64,000 bases of DNA from Candidatus Latescibacterota bacterium (GCA_965206595.1 OZ242214.1:4800001-4864000), one strand, 5' to 3'. Shown: positions 8,256 to 19,270, numbered from the stretch's first letter. Translations and numbers: made by a program. Notes: generated by a model from the sequence alone, not told the origin.

Positions 8256-11200
8256 TTATAAACAGCCTGCCCGAAAAAACCCCGGAACCGGGTCAGCTGG
8301 TCCTGGTTCGCTCCCGCCGCTGGTTGGTCGAGGAGGTGGTGGCCAACGGAGCCGCATCCCCGCTCGTGCGTCTCGCCTGCGCTGACGACGACGCCCAGGG
8401 CCAGAGCCTCGAGGTCTACTGGGACTACGAGATCGACCGCCTGATCCTCGAGGAAGAGGGCTGGGCCGATCTCGCGTCGAAAGGGTTCGACTCGCCGCGG
8501 CAGTTCGCCGCCTTCCTCCACACCCTGCGCTGGAACTGCGTCACGGCGACCAACCCGAACCTGTTCCAGTCCCCCTTCCGCGCCGGCATCAAGATCGACG
8601 CCTACCAGATGGAGCCCCTGCGCAAGGCCCTGCGTCTGCCCCGGGTGAACCTGTTCATCGCCGACGATACCGGGCTCGGGAAGACGATCGAGGCCGGGCT
8701 GATCGCCCGGGAGTTGCTGTTGCGGAGGAAGGCGAAGACCATCGTCGTCTCGGCTCCGCCCTCGGTGATCGAGCAGTGGAGGGGGGAGTTGGAGGAGCGC
8801 TTCGGACTGGTGTTCGAGATCCTCGACCGGCGCTACCTGGCGCGGGTTCGCCGCGAGCGGGGATTCGGGGTGAACCCGTGGCGGACGCACAGCCGCTTCC
8901 TGGTTTCTCACAACCTGCTGATCGATCCGACCTACGCCGACCCGATGCGGGAATGGCTGGGCGGGTTGCTGCCGGGGAGTCTGCTGATCCTCGACGAGGC
9001 CCACCACGCGGCGCCTTCCAGCGGCGGCCGCTACGGGATCGAGACCAAGTTCACGCGCGCCATCCGGGATCTGTGCGGCCGCTTCGAACACCGGCTGTTC
9101 CTCTCCGCCACGCCTCACAACGGCCACTCGAACAGCTTCTCCACCCTGCTGGAACTGCTCGACCCGTACCGGTTCACGCGCGGGGTGAAGATCCGCGGCA
9201 AGGGCGAACTCGAGGAGGTGATGGTGCGCCGCCTCAAGGAGGACATCCGCGAGATCCAGGGAGGGTTCCCAAGGCGGATCGTCGAGAGGATGGGGATCGA
9301 CAACCTGCCGCCCGAGGCTCCCGAGATCCTTCTGTCGGAACTGCTCGATCAGTACCGCACCGCCCGGGAGGAGCGGCACGCGACGACCTCGCTGAGGTCG
9401 CAGGCCGCGGCCGGGCTGCTCGTCGTCGGGCTGCAGCAACGGCTGCTCTCATCCATAGAAGCCTTCGCCCGCACCCTCCAGGTGCATCGCCGCACCGTAG
9501 TGAAGCAGTGGGAAAAGCAGCAGGAAGCGGAAGCCGAAATCCCCGAATCCGAAGAACAGGACAGCCTGCTGCGGACGGCGCCGGACTCCGACGACGAGCG
9601 GGGGGAGTGGGAAGAGGATCAGCTCGAAGCCGAAGAAGAAGCCGAGGTCGAGGCGATGACGGTCGCGGCCGAGGCAGGGGGACTGCGAGACGAAAGGACG
9701 GAGGAGCTGTGGAACCGGGAGCAGAAGCTCCTGGACCGCATGGAGAAAATCGCCGAGGAGACGCGGTACCTGCCCGACGCCAAGGTGCGGCGGCTGATCC
9801 AGTGGATTCGAGAGAACCTCTGCCCCGGGCTCCCTTCCTTCGGCGAGATAGCGCAGGGTGAGCCGGCCCCGTGGAACGATCGCCGGGTGCTGATCTTCAC
9901 CGAGAACCGGGAAGGGACGAAGCGCTATTTGAAGACCATCCTGGAGGAGGCGATCGCAGGGACAGACCTGGCAGACGAGCGCATCGAGGTGATAGACGGA
10001 CTGGTCAGCTCGACCAATCGGCGGGAGATCCAGAAGCGCTTCAACACCCACCCCGCCAAGGACCCGCTGCGCATTCTGCTGGCGACGGACGCGGCGCGGG
10101 AAGGACTGAACTTCCAGGCGCACTGCACCGACCTGTTCCACTTCGACCTCCCCTGGAACCCGGGACGGATCGAGCAGAGGAACGGCCGTATCGACCGCAA
10201 GCTGCAGCCCGCCCCGGAAGTGCGCTGCCACTACTTCGTCCTGCCCCAGAGAGCGGAGGACCGCGTGCTCGAGGTGCTTGTCCGGAAGACGGAGAGGATC
10301 AAGCGGGAGTTGGGCAGCCTGTCGAAGGTTATCGACGACGACGTCGAAAGGCTGCTTCGCGGAGGCATCCGCCACGCGAACGCCGGCCGCCTCGCCGAGG
10401 AGATCGAGAGGGCGGACCTGGATGAGAATCGGAAACAGGTAGCAGAAGAGGAATTGGAAGGCGCCCGCGAGCGCCGGGAGGATCTGAAGGTGCAGATCTC
10501 CCGCTGCCAGACGCTGCTCCAGAACTCGCGCGGATGGGTCCGCTTCGAAGAGGGTGCCTTCCGGGATGCGCTTTCCTGCTCGCTGGAGCTGCTGGGGGCG
10601 AATCCGCTGGAGGAGACCCGCGACCAGGAGGGACGGCGGGTGTGGAGATTCCCGGCTCTCGACCAGAAAGCGGAAACCGACGCCAGCTGGTCGTCCACGC
10701 TCGATACGCTGCGGCAGCCTAAAAAGCCCGATCAAAAGGTGACCGAGTGGCGCCAGCAGGCGCCGATCCGCCCGGTCGTTTTCGAGGACCCCGGCGCGGT
10801 CACCGAGGACAGCGTGCATCTGCACCTCGAGCAGCGCGTGGCACAGCGGCTGCTGGCCCGGTTCCGGGCCCAGGGCTTCATCTACCACGACCTGTCGCGG
10901 GCCTGCCTGGCGCAGGCCAGGGATTCGATACCGCGGGTGATCCTTCTCGGACGGCTCTCCCTGTTCGGCCGCGGCGCCGAGCGCCTGCACGAGGAGCTGG
11001 TTCCGGTTGCCGCAAGATGGGTCGAGGCCTCGAAGCGGAAAGGGCCGCTCAGGGCGTACGCCCGGGAGACGGAGCTGCGAACGCTCGACCTGCTCGAAGA
11101 AGCGCTGACCGGTGATGGGATGCGGGTGCCGCACGAGACGATCCGGCGCCGGCTTCTGGAGACCGCCGCCCGGGATATCGAGGAACTGCTGCCGCAGCTG

Positions 11201-11539
11201 GAACCCCGGGCCGAGGAGCTGGCCGCTATCGCCGTCGAGCGCCTGACCGAGCGCGGCAACCGCGAGGAGCAGGATCTGCGGGAGACGCTCGAGCGCCAGC
11301 GCGCCCGGGTGATCGAGGAGCTGGAAAATTACGATCGCAAGTTCACTCAGCTGACCCTGGACTTCAACGCGGAGGAGAAAGGCCAAGTCGAGGCGAACAT
11401 GCGTGGGTGGCGTCATCGTCTCGAACAGTTCGAGAAGGACCTTGAAGTGGAGCCGGCCCGCGTGCGCGAGTTCTACGAGGTCCGGGCGACCCGGGTGGAG
11501 CCGGTCGGCCTGGCCTACCTGTGGCCGGAGACCAACTGA
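8246..11539 (+). CDS. drmD: DISARM SNF2-like helicase DrmD
   Basis: IADDTGLGKT, LILDEAHH, LSATPHNG, TDAAREGLN and EQRNGRIDR motifs; first gene of the drmD-MI-A-B-C order. Confidence 0.93.
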   Translation: MTSFINSLPEKTPEPGQLVLVRSRRWLVEEVVANGAASPLVRLACADDDAQGQSLEVYWDYEIDRLILEEEGWADLASKGFDSPRQFAAFLHTLRWNCVTATNPNLFQSPFRAGIKIDAYQMEPLRKALRLPRVNLFIADDTGLGKTIEAGLIARELLLRRKAKTIVVSAPPSVIEQWRGELEERFGLVFEILDRRYLARVRRERGFGVNPWRTHSRFLVSHNLLIDPTYADPMREWLGGLLPGSLLILDEAHHAAPSSGGRYGIETKFTRAIRDLCGRFEHRLFLSATPHNGHSNSFSTLLELLDPYRFTRGVKIRGKGELEEVMVRRLKEDIREIQGGFPRRIVERMGIDNLPPEAPEILLSELLDQYRTAREERHATTSLRSQAAAGLLVVGLQQRLLSSIEAFARTLQVHRRTVVKQWEKQQEAEAEIPESEEQDSLLRTAPDSDDERGEWEEDQLEAEEEAEVEAMTVAAEAGGLRDERTEELWNREQKLLDRMEKIAEETRYLPDAKVRRLIQWIRENLCPGLPSFGEIAQGEPAPWNDRRVLIFTENREGTKRYLKTILEEAIAGTDLADERIEVIDGLVSSTNRREIQKRFNTHPAKDPLRILLATDAAREGLNFQAHCTDLFHFDLPWNPGRIEQRNGRIDRKLQPAPEVRCHYFVLPQRAEDRVLEVLVRKTERIKRELGSLSKVIDDDVERLLRGGIRHANAGRLAEEIERADLDENRKQVAEEELEGARERREDLKVQISRCQTLLQNSRGWVRFEEGAFRDALSCSLELLGANPLEETRDQEGRRVWRFPALDQKAETDASWSSTLDTLRQPKKPDQKVTEWRQQAPIRPVVFEDPGAVTEDSVHLHLEQRVAQRLLARFRAQGFIYHDLSRACLAQARDSIPRVILLGRLSLFGRGAERLHEELVPVAARWVEASKRKGPLRAYARETELRTLDLLEEALTGDGMRVPHETIRRRLLETAARDIEELLPQLEPRAEELAAIAVERLTERGNREEQDLRETLERQRARVIEELENYDRKFTQLTLDFNAEEKGQVEANMRGWRHRLEQFEKDLEVEPARVREFYEVRATRVEPVGLAYLWPETN

Positions 11540-11541
11540 GC

Positions 11542-14500
11542 ATGGCCAAGCTGGACCCACAGGTACTCAGGCACCTCGAGTGGATCGGCTTCGTCCAGCC
11601 GAGCGGTCTCGTCGTCTCCGCGCCGGCGCTGGTGCGCGCAAGTGCCATCCTCGACCGGCAGGACGCCGAAGGGCAGCGGCGGCTGCGCGACTGCGTCGAG
11701 GAAAGGGCGTTCCCGCAGGACCGCGATCCGGAGCCGTGGTTGCCCGACTTCGAGACCTTCGCGAGGACCGTTCTGGAGTGGAACTTCTCGCCGAGAGGCT
11801 ACGCCGGCACCACAGAGAACCCCATCCCTGAGGACCTGATAGTGACCGCCGCGGATGGGGAAACCCTCGCCCCCGACTTCGCCGTCCGCGAGCGCAGCCC
11901 CGGGGAAGGAGAGTCCGACTGGCAGCTCCTCGTCCAGGTCCTGGAGCCGGGGCAGGCATTCGACAAGGAAGTGAAGGGCTCCGGAACGCTTGAAGCCTCC
12001 CCGCACAGCAGGATGGAGCGGCTCCTGCGGCGCACCGAAGTGAAGGCCGGCCTGCTGTTCAACGGCCTGGCAATCCGGCTGATCTCGGCGCCTCGGGGCG
12101 AAAGCTCCGGCTGGATGGACTTCCGCGTGGCGGAGATGGTGCAGACCTCCGGCCGGCCGATCTGCGCCGCCATGCGGCTGCTCTTGAAGGAAAGCCGGCT
12201 GTTGGCCATGCCCGCCCCGCAGCGGCTGGCGGCCCTGCTCGTGGACAGCCGCAAGTTTCAGAACGAGGTCAGCGAGCGGCTGGCTGAGCAGGTGCTGCAC
12301 GCCCTCTACGAGATGCTGCGGGGATTCCAGGCGGCGCACGACGCCTCGCACGGAGAGCTGCTGCGACGGACCCTCGCTGAGAATCCCGACCGCGTCTACC
12401 ACGCCCTGCTGACCATGATCCTGCGGCTCGTGTTTCTGCTCTACGCCGAAGAGCGGGACATGCTACCCAAGGACGGGACCTTCCAGCGCTACTACTCCCT
12501 CCTGGGACTGTACGAGCGCCTGCGCGAGGACGCGGCCCTGTTCCCCGACACCATGGACCAGCGCTACGGCGCCTGGGCGCAGCTGCTGGTGCTGTTCCGC
12601 CTGATCCACGACGGCGCCGAGACCGGGGCGATGAGCCTTCCCAGGCGGCACGGCGTCCTCTTCGACCCGGACCGGTTTCCGTTCCTCGAGGGTCGGCCGG
12701 ACATGGTGGCGCGCCAGATTCACGAGCGCATCGAGCCGCCCCTGGTAGCGGACGGCACCATCTACCGCGCCCTGGAGAAGCTGCTGGTGCTCGACGGCGA
12801 GCGGATCTCCTACCGGGCCCTCGACGTGGAGCAGATCGGCTCGGTCTACGAGACCATGATGGGGTTCCGCCTGGAGACCGCGAGCGGAAGGTCCTTGGCG
12901 ATAAAGGCCGCGAAGAAGCAGGGCGCACCCACGACCGTGGACCTGGAGGCGCTCGCGGCGGAACCGGGAACCCGGCGTGACAAGTGGTTCCGGGACCGCG
13001 CCGACCGGAAGCTCGGCGACAAAGTGAAGAAGGCCGTGAAAGAGGCGGAGAGGCTGGAGGACCTGCACGCGGCCCTCATGCCGGTGATCGAGGTCGACGC
13101 CACGCCCGACCTCGTGCCGCAGGGGGCGATGGTGCTGCAGCCCAGTGAAGAGAGGCGCCGCTCCGGTTCGCACTACACGCCGCGCGAGTTGACCGAGCCG
13201 ATCGTGCGCACGACGCTGGAGCCGATTCTGGGGCGGCTGCAGGGAGGGAACGGAAATCCCCCGCGGCCCGAACAGATCCTCGACCTCAAGGTCTGCGACC
13301 CGGCCATGGGCTCGGGCGCGTTTCTGGTTGAGGCTTGCCGCCAGCTTGGAGACGCCCTCGTCGAGGCTTGGCGCGCCCACGGCGAGGTGCCGGAAATCCC
13401 GCCCGACGAGGACGAGGGGATCTTCGCCCGCCGGCTGATCGCCCAGCGTTGCCTCTACGGGGTGGACCGCAACCCGATGGCGGTCGACCTGGCCAAGGTT
13501 TCGCTATGGCTCGCCACTCTGGCCAAGGATCACGCGTTGACCTTCGTCGATCATGCCCTGAGAGATGGGGATTCCCTGGTCGGCCTGTCCCGAAAGCAGA
13601 TAGAGACGTTTCACTGGGAACGGGAGGAATCGCCCTCGTTCATGCTGGGCTTCGAGACCATGCGGGTTCGGGATCAGGTGCAAGAGGCCGCCGAGTTGCG
13701 AGAGCTCATCCGGGAGGCGGGCGAGGAAACCGCCGACTGGGAGTTGCGCGACCTGTGGAACCGGGCGCAGTTCGCGTTGCGCAAGGTGCGGCTTTTCGGA
13801 GACCTGGCCACGGCGGCCTTTTTCGACGGGCCTAAGCCGAAGCAGCGGGAGGCGAAGCGCCGCGAGTACGGCGAAGCGATATTCGGAGGCAAAGCCGAGC
13901 AGTACCTGGATTGGCTCGACGAGCGCCGCAAGGTAGAACCGCCCCTGGCGCCGTTCCACTGGGAGGTCGAGTTCCCGGAGGTGTTCGACCGCGAAAACCC
14001 TGGGTTCGACGCAATCGTGGGGAATCCGCCGTTTCTTGGTGGTACAAAGATCTCGTCAACTCTCGGCAAGAACTTCCTTGATTGGCTGCTTGGCTTGCAC
14101 GAAGGATCCCATGGTAACGCCGATCTCGTAGCCCATTTCTTTCGACGTGCATTCTATCTCGTCCGCACGGACGCCAGCTTCGGTCTAATCGCCACCAACA
14201 CCATCGCCCAAGGGGACACGCGTTCGACCGGCCTGCGCTGGATCTGCAACCATGGGGGAGAGATCTATCACGCGCGCCGGCGGGTCAAATGGCCAGGGGT
14301 CGCAGCAGTAGTTGTGAGCGTTTTGCACCTTTGGAAGGGATCGTCGTTAAGTGTTCTTAAGAAACTCGACGAAAAGGAAATGGATATGATTACGGCATTC
14401 CTTTTCCACCGAGGAGGTCACGATGATCCGAGCCGGCTCTCGGCGAATGTCGGCAAGAGTTACACGGGCTCTAAGGTTTATGGTCAAGGCTTTACCTTCG

Positions 14501-15570
14501 ACGATGCGGACAAGAAGGGCGTCGCATCATCGCTCGCGGAGATGCGTCGAATCATCGAGCAGAACCCTCGTAACCAAGAGGTGATTTTCCCCTACATTGG
14601 AGGGGAGGAGGTAAACACAAGCCCAACCCATTCTAACCACCGGTACGTCATCAACTTCCACACCTTTCCGCTGCGCCGGGAGGACTTGGGCGAACGGTGG
14701 CTGAACGCAGACCCGAATCAGTGTCGTGAATGGCTTCAGAGGGGAATCGTGCCCCTCGACTATCCCGGACGCGTAGCGTCAGACTGGCCGGAACTGCTGG
14801 CCGTTGTGGCGGCGAGAGTGAAACCAGATCGCGCCAAGCTCACACAAAACCCCATTGGACGAAAGCGCGCTGCCTTCTGGTGGCAGTACGGATCGCATGC
14901 CAATGAACTATACAGCGCCATTACCGGCATGAAGCGCGTGTTGGCTAACTCGCAAGTCAGCCAAAGAGTGCAGTTCGCTTTCTTGCCAGCAGAAATGGTG
15001 TACTCACATGCCTTGAATGTATATCCAATTCAAACTTACGCCGCTTTTTGCGCACTCCAGTCCCGCCCCCACGAGACCTGGGCACGGTTCTTCGGGTCGT
15101 CAATGAAGGATGACCTCCGCTACACCCCTACAGATTGTTTCGAGACATTCCCTTTCTCCGATGGCTGGGAAACCGACCCGGCCCTCGAAGTCGCAGCCCA
15201 AGCCTACTACGATTTCCGCGCCAGCCTTTTGGTCCGGAACAACCAAGGGCTGACCAAGACCTACAACCGCTTCCACGACCCTGACGAAGACCACCCCGAC
15301 ATCGCCAAGCTCCGCGACCTGCACGCCGCGATGGACCGGGTCGTACTCGATGCCTATGGTTGGAACGACATCCCCACCGACTGCGAGTTCCTCCTCGACT
15401 ACGAGATCGACGAGGAAGAGTGGGGCAAACGCAAGAAGCCCTACCGCTACCGCTGGCCCGACGACATCCGGGACGAAGTGCTGGCGCGGCTCCTCGAACT
15501 GAACGCCAAGCGCCCCAAACGAGAGACAGGTACCAAACCAGCGTACTGGGAAGACGACGATGACGAATGA
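11542..15570 (+). CDS. drmMI: DISARM N6-adenine DNA methyltransferase DrmMI (type IIG-like, C-terminal target recognition region)
   Basis: GSHYTP, DPAMGSGAFL (motif I), GNPPF (motif IV) and C-terminal LTKTYNRFH. ATG lies 2 nt after the drmD stop. Confidence 0.92.
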   Translation: MAKLDPQVLRHLEWIGFVQPSGLVVSAPALVRASAILDRQDAEGQRRLRDCVEERAFPQDRDPEPWLPDFETFARTVLEWNFSPRGYAGTTENPIPEDLIVTAADGETLAPDFAVRERSPGEGESDWQLLVQVLEPGQAFDKEVKGSGTLEASPHSRMERLLRRTEVKAGLLFNGLAIRLISAPRGESSGWMDFRVAEMVQTSGRPICAAMRLLLKESRLLAMPAPQRLAALLVDSRKFQNEVSERLAEQVLHALYEMLRGFQAAHDASHGELLRRTLAENPDRVYHALLTMILRLVFLLYAEERDMLPKDGTFQRYYSLLGLYERLREDAALFPDTMDQRYGAWAQLLVLFRLIHDGAETGAMSLPRRHGVLFDPDRFPFLEGRPDMVARQIHERIEPPLVADGTIYRALEKLLVLDGERISYRALDVEQIGSVYETMMGFRLETASGRSLAIKAAKKQGAPTTVDLEALAAEPGTRRDKWFRDRADRKLGDKVKKAVKEAERLEDLHAALMPVIEVDATPDLVPQGAMVLQPSEERRRSGSHYTPRELTEPIVRTTLEPILGRLQGGNGNPPRPEQILDLKVCDPAMGSGAFLVEACRQLGDALVEAWRAHGEVPEIPPDEDEGIFARRLIAQRCLYGVDRNPMAVDLAKVSLWLATLAKDHALTFVDHALRDGDSLVGLSRKQIETFHWEREESPSFMLGFETMRVRDQVQEAAELRELIREAGEETADWELRDLWNRAQFALRKVRLFGDLATAAFFDGPKPKQREAKRREYGEAIFGGKAEQYLDWLDERRKVEPPLAPFHWEVEFPEVFDRENPGFDAIVGNPPFLGGTKISSTLGKNFLDWLLGLHEGSHGNADLVAHFFRRAFYLVRTDASFGLIATNTIAQGDTRSTGLRWICNHGGEIYHARRRVKWPGVAAVVVSVLHLWKGSSLSVLKKLDEKEMDMITAFLFHRGGHDDPSRLSANVGKSYTGSKVYGQGFTFDDADKKGVASSLAEMRRIIEQNPRNQEVIFPYIGGEEVNTSPTHSNHRYVINFHTFPLRREDLGERWLNADPNQCREWLQRGIVPLDYPGRVASDWPELLAVVAARVKPDRAKLTQNPIGRKRAAFWWQYGSHANELYSAITGMKRVLANSQVSQRVQFAFLPAEMVYSHALNVYPIQTYAAFCALQSRPHETWARFFGSSMKDDLRYTPTDCFETFPFSDGWETDPALEVAAQAYYDFRASLLVRNNQGLTKTYNRFHDPDEDHPDIAKLRDLHAAMDRVVLDAYGWNDIPTDCEFLLDYEIDEEEWGKRKKPYRYRWPDDIRDEVLARLLELNAKRPKRETGTKPAYWEDDDDE

Positions 15571-15692
15571 CAGCTTACACCTTTGGCCGTAAGTGCGTGG
15601 ACTCCTTGGGACGCATCGGAACAGGACATGGTACTGCCGTCAAAGCTGTTCGCCCGCAATCGAGGCACACAGCTATCGTTTGTAAGTCCCAG

Positions 15693-17849
15693 ATGACTGA
15701 AAAAATCCTTCAGGATCCTCCCGGTGTAGTGGATTACATCGACCAGATTCGTCAACTCGCAGATGACAATAGGTCCTCTCTCGGTTTTCTCCCCGCAAGT
15801 GCCTATACAGAAGCCGCAATGAAAGGACACCTCTGGATCGCCATCGACAGGAATACGAAGAAACTACGTGGTCATCTGTTCTTTGGCGGAAGCTATCCCC
15901 ACCTCAAGGTCTTCCAAGTCCATGTTCTCCCTGAGTATCGATTTGAAGGCGTAGGAGGAAGACTGGTCGGGGCGCTCAAGGAATACGGGGAAGACAACAG
16001 TTGGTTGACCATCCGTTCCAGAGTGGCTTCGGACTTGGAGGCGAACAAATTCTGGCAGGGGTCGGGGTTTCGAATTGTACGCCAGATCCCTGGAAAATCG
16101 AAAAGGACGATAAACGTTTATGAACTCGAACTGGACGTCCCATCCCTTTTCGGTAGGAGACAGTTTCCCGGGGCATCCAGTGGTGATGACGGAAGGCAAA
16201 TAGCCTACGCCAGGCCCCTGTTGCCCACGCCCTCCTATGTGATCGATCTGAACGTATTCTTCGATGCTGTGAGGCAACGGGATGCGGGAGAGTCAGCTTT
16301 CATATTCTCCTCGGCTCTAAACGGCGAAATACGTGTCAGGGTCACCCCTGAATTCAGGAGGGAACTGGAACGTCGCTCGCCAGATGTGTCCGACGACCCT
16401 GTTCTGGAATTTGCCAGAACCCTCCCGACCTTGCCAGAAATATCGCCAGGAATACTGGCGCGTCTGATTTAGGATCTGAAAGACAAACTTTCGGTGGCTG
16501 ATACAAGAACGGGTAAGTGGGCCGCAAATGAGCAATCGGATCTTGTTCACTTGGCATCGTGCATTCATCATAAAGCCTTCGGTTTTGTAACTCGCGACGC
16601 CAGAATTCTTCGACACAGCGGGACACTTCTGGAAAAGTACAGCCTGAGAGTTATATCACCCCTTGACCTCAGGGAACCGTTCGGGGAGGTGGACACATAC
16701 CTGCCTGAGTTCTCGGTAGCTGTTGGCCAAGAGGAAATCAGGGTTTCAAATCTTGATGAAGGCGATGCGGGGGCCGAGAGCTTCCTGAGAGAGATGGGGA
16801 TTGATGAAACCGCTATATCCTATTGTCTTGCCGCTGGAACAACGCAGTCTCCGAGGACGAGATTGGTTGTACGAACGGGGGAGGGAATAGTAGGAATAGG
16901 ATCATGGGAGGCAAGAACCAGTTTGTCCAGGAAGGCGGACGCATACCTATATGTCGACGAGGGGAACTGGAATGCTGACAGAGCGATCGATTACCTGTTG
17001 GAATCCATGACCAACCGGGGGCATCAGGGACAACTATTCTCGTTCGACCTGAAGACGGGGCCAGGGCAAAGACTGACCCGAGAAGTGGCAATCCGCAGGG
17101 GATTCCAGCCGATTCGAGGTGAAGAAGGAAATGCTTTACAGAGTCTCAGGAAGGTGTCCCATAGAGGAGTAATTACAAATGACAATTGGGAGTCCTTCAG
17201 AAATGACTTCAAGGAAGCTACTGGTTTTGAACTTGCTCACAGCATGCCAAAGCACGATGAGTTGTCCAACACCGGCATTGTCTTTAATAACAGATCTTGG
17301 CCTATAACGCTTTCCCTTTTCGACTTCGAAACCTTGGTGTCTCCCGGCTCGATCATTTGTCCCGGCCGAGGCGGCGTAATTGTGCCCATTAGGGAGAGAT
17401 TTGCCCATGAATTGGTACCCCCGACCGATAGTCAGACATCATTTCTTCCTGGTAAGGAAGCTGCATTGCGGTTGGAAAGGGCCTATTTCTGCCGGGTCGG
17501 GACCCAGAGAATGGTCGGACGGGGCACAGTGTTGGTCTTCTATGTCAGCGGCAGACAGAAGGCGGCCGTTGCCATTGCGAGGGCTACCTTCTGTGACAAG
17601 CTGACGAAGACCCAAGCGGTATTGAACCTCCGGAGGCAAGGAGTATTATCGGAGGAGGAAATAGGCCAGAGGGCAAATTCTAATGGTGAGCTCACGGCGA
17701 TGACCTTTGATAACCTGTTCCTTTTCCGCAGAAGTATTCCTTACCGGGACCTGAAGCAGATGGGATGTGTGGGAGGAGCGAATCTGGTTACAGCACAGCG
17801 ACTTTCCCATGAAGCACTTTCCGCAATCGTGGAAAGAGTATTGGATTGA
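15693..17849 (+). pseudogene. GNAT acetyltransferase - PIN - PUA/EVE-like multidomain gene interrupted by one in-frame TAG (16470-16472)
   Basis: ORFs 15567-16472 and 16494-17849 are in the same frame. GNAT motif (VLPEYRFEGVG...ANKFWQGSGF). The PIN domain (YVIDLNVFFD ... DLVHLA..FVTRD) straddles the stop. PUA-like C-terminus (GTVLVFYVSG). Confidence 0.75.
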
Positions 17850-17856
17850 AGAGTTC

Positions 17857-18318
17857 ATGGACCAAGCCATAATTTCTCTTAAGCCTCAATACGCGAACCT
17901 GATTCTGTCTGGGGAAAAGACGGTAGAACTCAGGAATAGAACTGTTAGATTGAAATCTGGAACCACGATTTGGATATACGCAACCCAACCTGTGGGCAGG
18001 ATAGTCGCTAATGCGAAAATAAAAACGGTTTCTCATGGAATCCCTGCCGAAATATGGGACCGCTACGGTGAAAAAATCTGCATCGAAAAAACACACTTCG
18101 ATTTCTACATAGGAAATAGTCGGCAGGTATCGGCCTTGGTCCTTTCCTCGGTAAAGAGAATCCAGGATCCTTGCACCCTGGAAAACATTCGTCAAGTCGT
18201 TGAGGATTTTCACCCCCCACAGTTTTATTCTCATCTACCTTCGGATGACCTGCTATTCGGAACTCTGAACAGTTTAGCGAACCATTCTGTTTCACGCCGG
18301 CGAAGGTCGTCCGGGTAA
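17857..18318 (+). CDS. ASCH domain protein
   Basis: ISLKPQYANLILSGEKTVELR (GxKxxExR), IYATQPV and PPQF motifs. Confidence 0.92.
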   Translation: MDQAIISLKPQYANLILSGEKTVELRNRTVRLKSGTTIWIYATQPVGRIVANAKIKTVSHGIPAEIWDRYGEKICIEKTHFDFYIGNSRQVSALVLSSVKRIQDPCTLENIRQVVEDFHPPQFYSHLPSDDLLFGTLNSLANHSVSRRRRSSG

Positions 18319-18874
18319 GGATCCTGGCAAACGCCCAACCCCTGAAAAAATTCGTTCGCTCCCTAACAGAACCGGATTTGGGAGGCTTTCGTAACGCGGA
18401 AAAAGCCCGTGATCGAAGAGGAACGGGAAAAGCAGCACCACCTGCTCCTGGAGGACTTTGGAGACCATTCTCTATGGCCGCCCATCCACTAAATCCTTTT
18501 GGCTCCTGCAAGATGCTCCACGCCTACGGAGGCCGCTGCCTCCTCATCCCCGCCACCAACCACGAGGGTCTCCTCGATACCGCCATCTGGCGGGGCTTCG
18601 AGGAAGTGCTTTCCTCAAGCCGCCTACGCTTCGCTGTGCCGGCTACTTGCGGTCAAGCTGCGCGGTGGACGACGGGGTTTCGAGGTGGTGGAGATCGCCG
18701 GGCGGGGCCGGTTCAAGGGCGCCAGTCATGCCGACGTCGGGCGCTTCGTGCGCCGGGCAGTGAAGGAGATGGTGCTGGAAGGTGAGGCTCCGGGTGCAGC
18801 ACCTTGAGTCGGCGCGACAGTCGGACAACTTCCCCTGGCGCGTAACGTACTTGCGGAACAGGGGTGGGTGACAA

Positions 18875-19255
18875 ATGGCTGAGAACGACTGGTACGAAGA
18901 ACTTCCGGAGGACTGCCCGCCAAGAGACGCGGGGGCGCCCGTTTCTGAACCGCACTTCCGGGTCGTTCGGACGATTCCCCCGACTGACTGCGATTTCGTT
19001 TCCCAGAGAGCACTCTACCCGGAACGACCGTTCTCGGTACCTGAGTGCCAGGCACGGGCGGTATCGCTTTTCCCCGTTCGCAAGAGCGCCAGTGGGGTCT
19101 TGAAATTGCCACGGTTCAAGGGTGGAGCGATCGTTTCCCTTACTCTTCCTCCAACCGCTGGCGTTACCAAGAAGACCGGTGGCAAGCCGGGCCACGTGTC
19201 CTGGTGGCGCCGCGCCAACTTCGACCCGGTCCCATTGGCCTTGCCAGTTAGCTGA
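18875..19255 (+). CDS. Small protein with ADP-ribosyltransferase-like (R-S-H) motif pattern
   Basis: LPEDCPP, FRVV, AVSLF and GHVSWW; 15 nt upstream of the next gene. The fold is inferred. Confidence 0.65.
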   Translation: MAENDWYEELPEDCPPRDAGAPVSEPHFRVVRTIPPTDCDFVSQRALYPERPFSVPECQARAVSLFPVRKSASGVLKLPRFKGGAIVSLTLPPTAGVTKKTGGKPGHVSWWRRANFDPVPLALPVS

Positions 19256-19270
19256 AGCGGGGGCTCAACA

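Noticed and set aside
16470-16472. Programmed amber readthrough (pyrrolysine or recoding)
   Set aside because: Many genes in the window end in TAG and no pyl genes are visible. A nonsense mutation or sequencing error is simpler.
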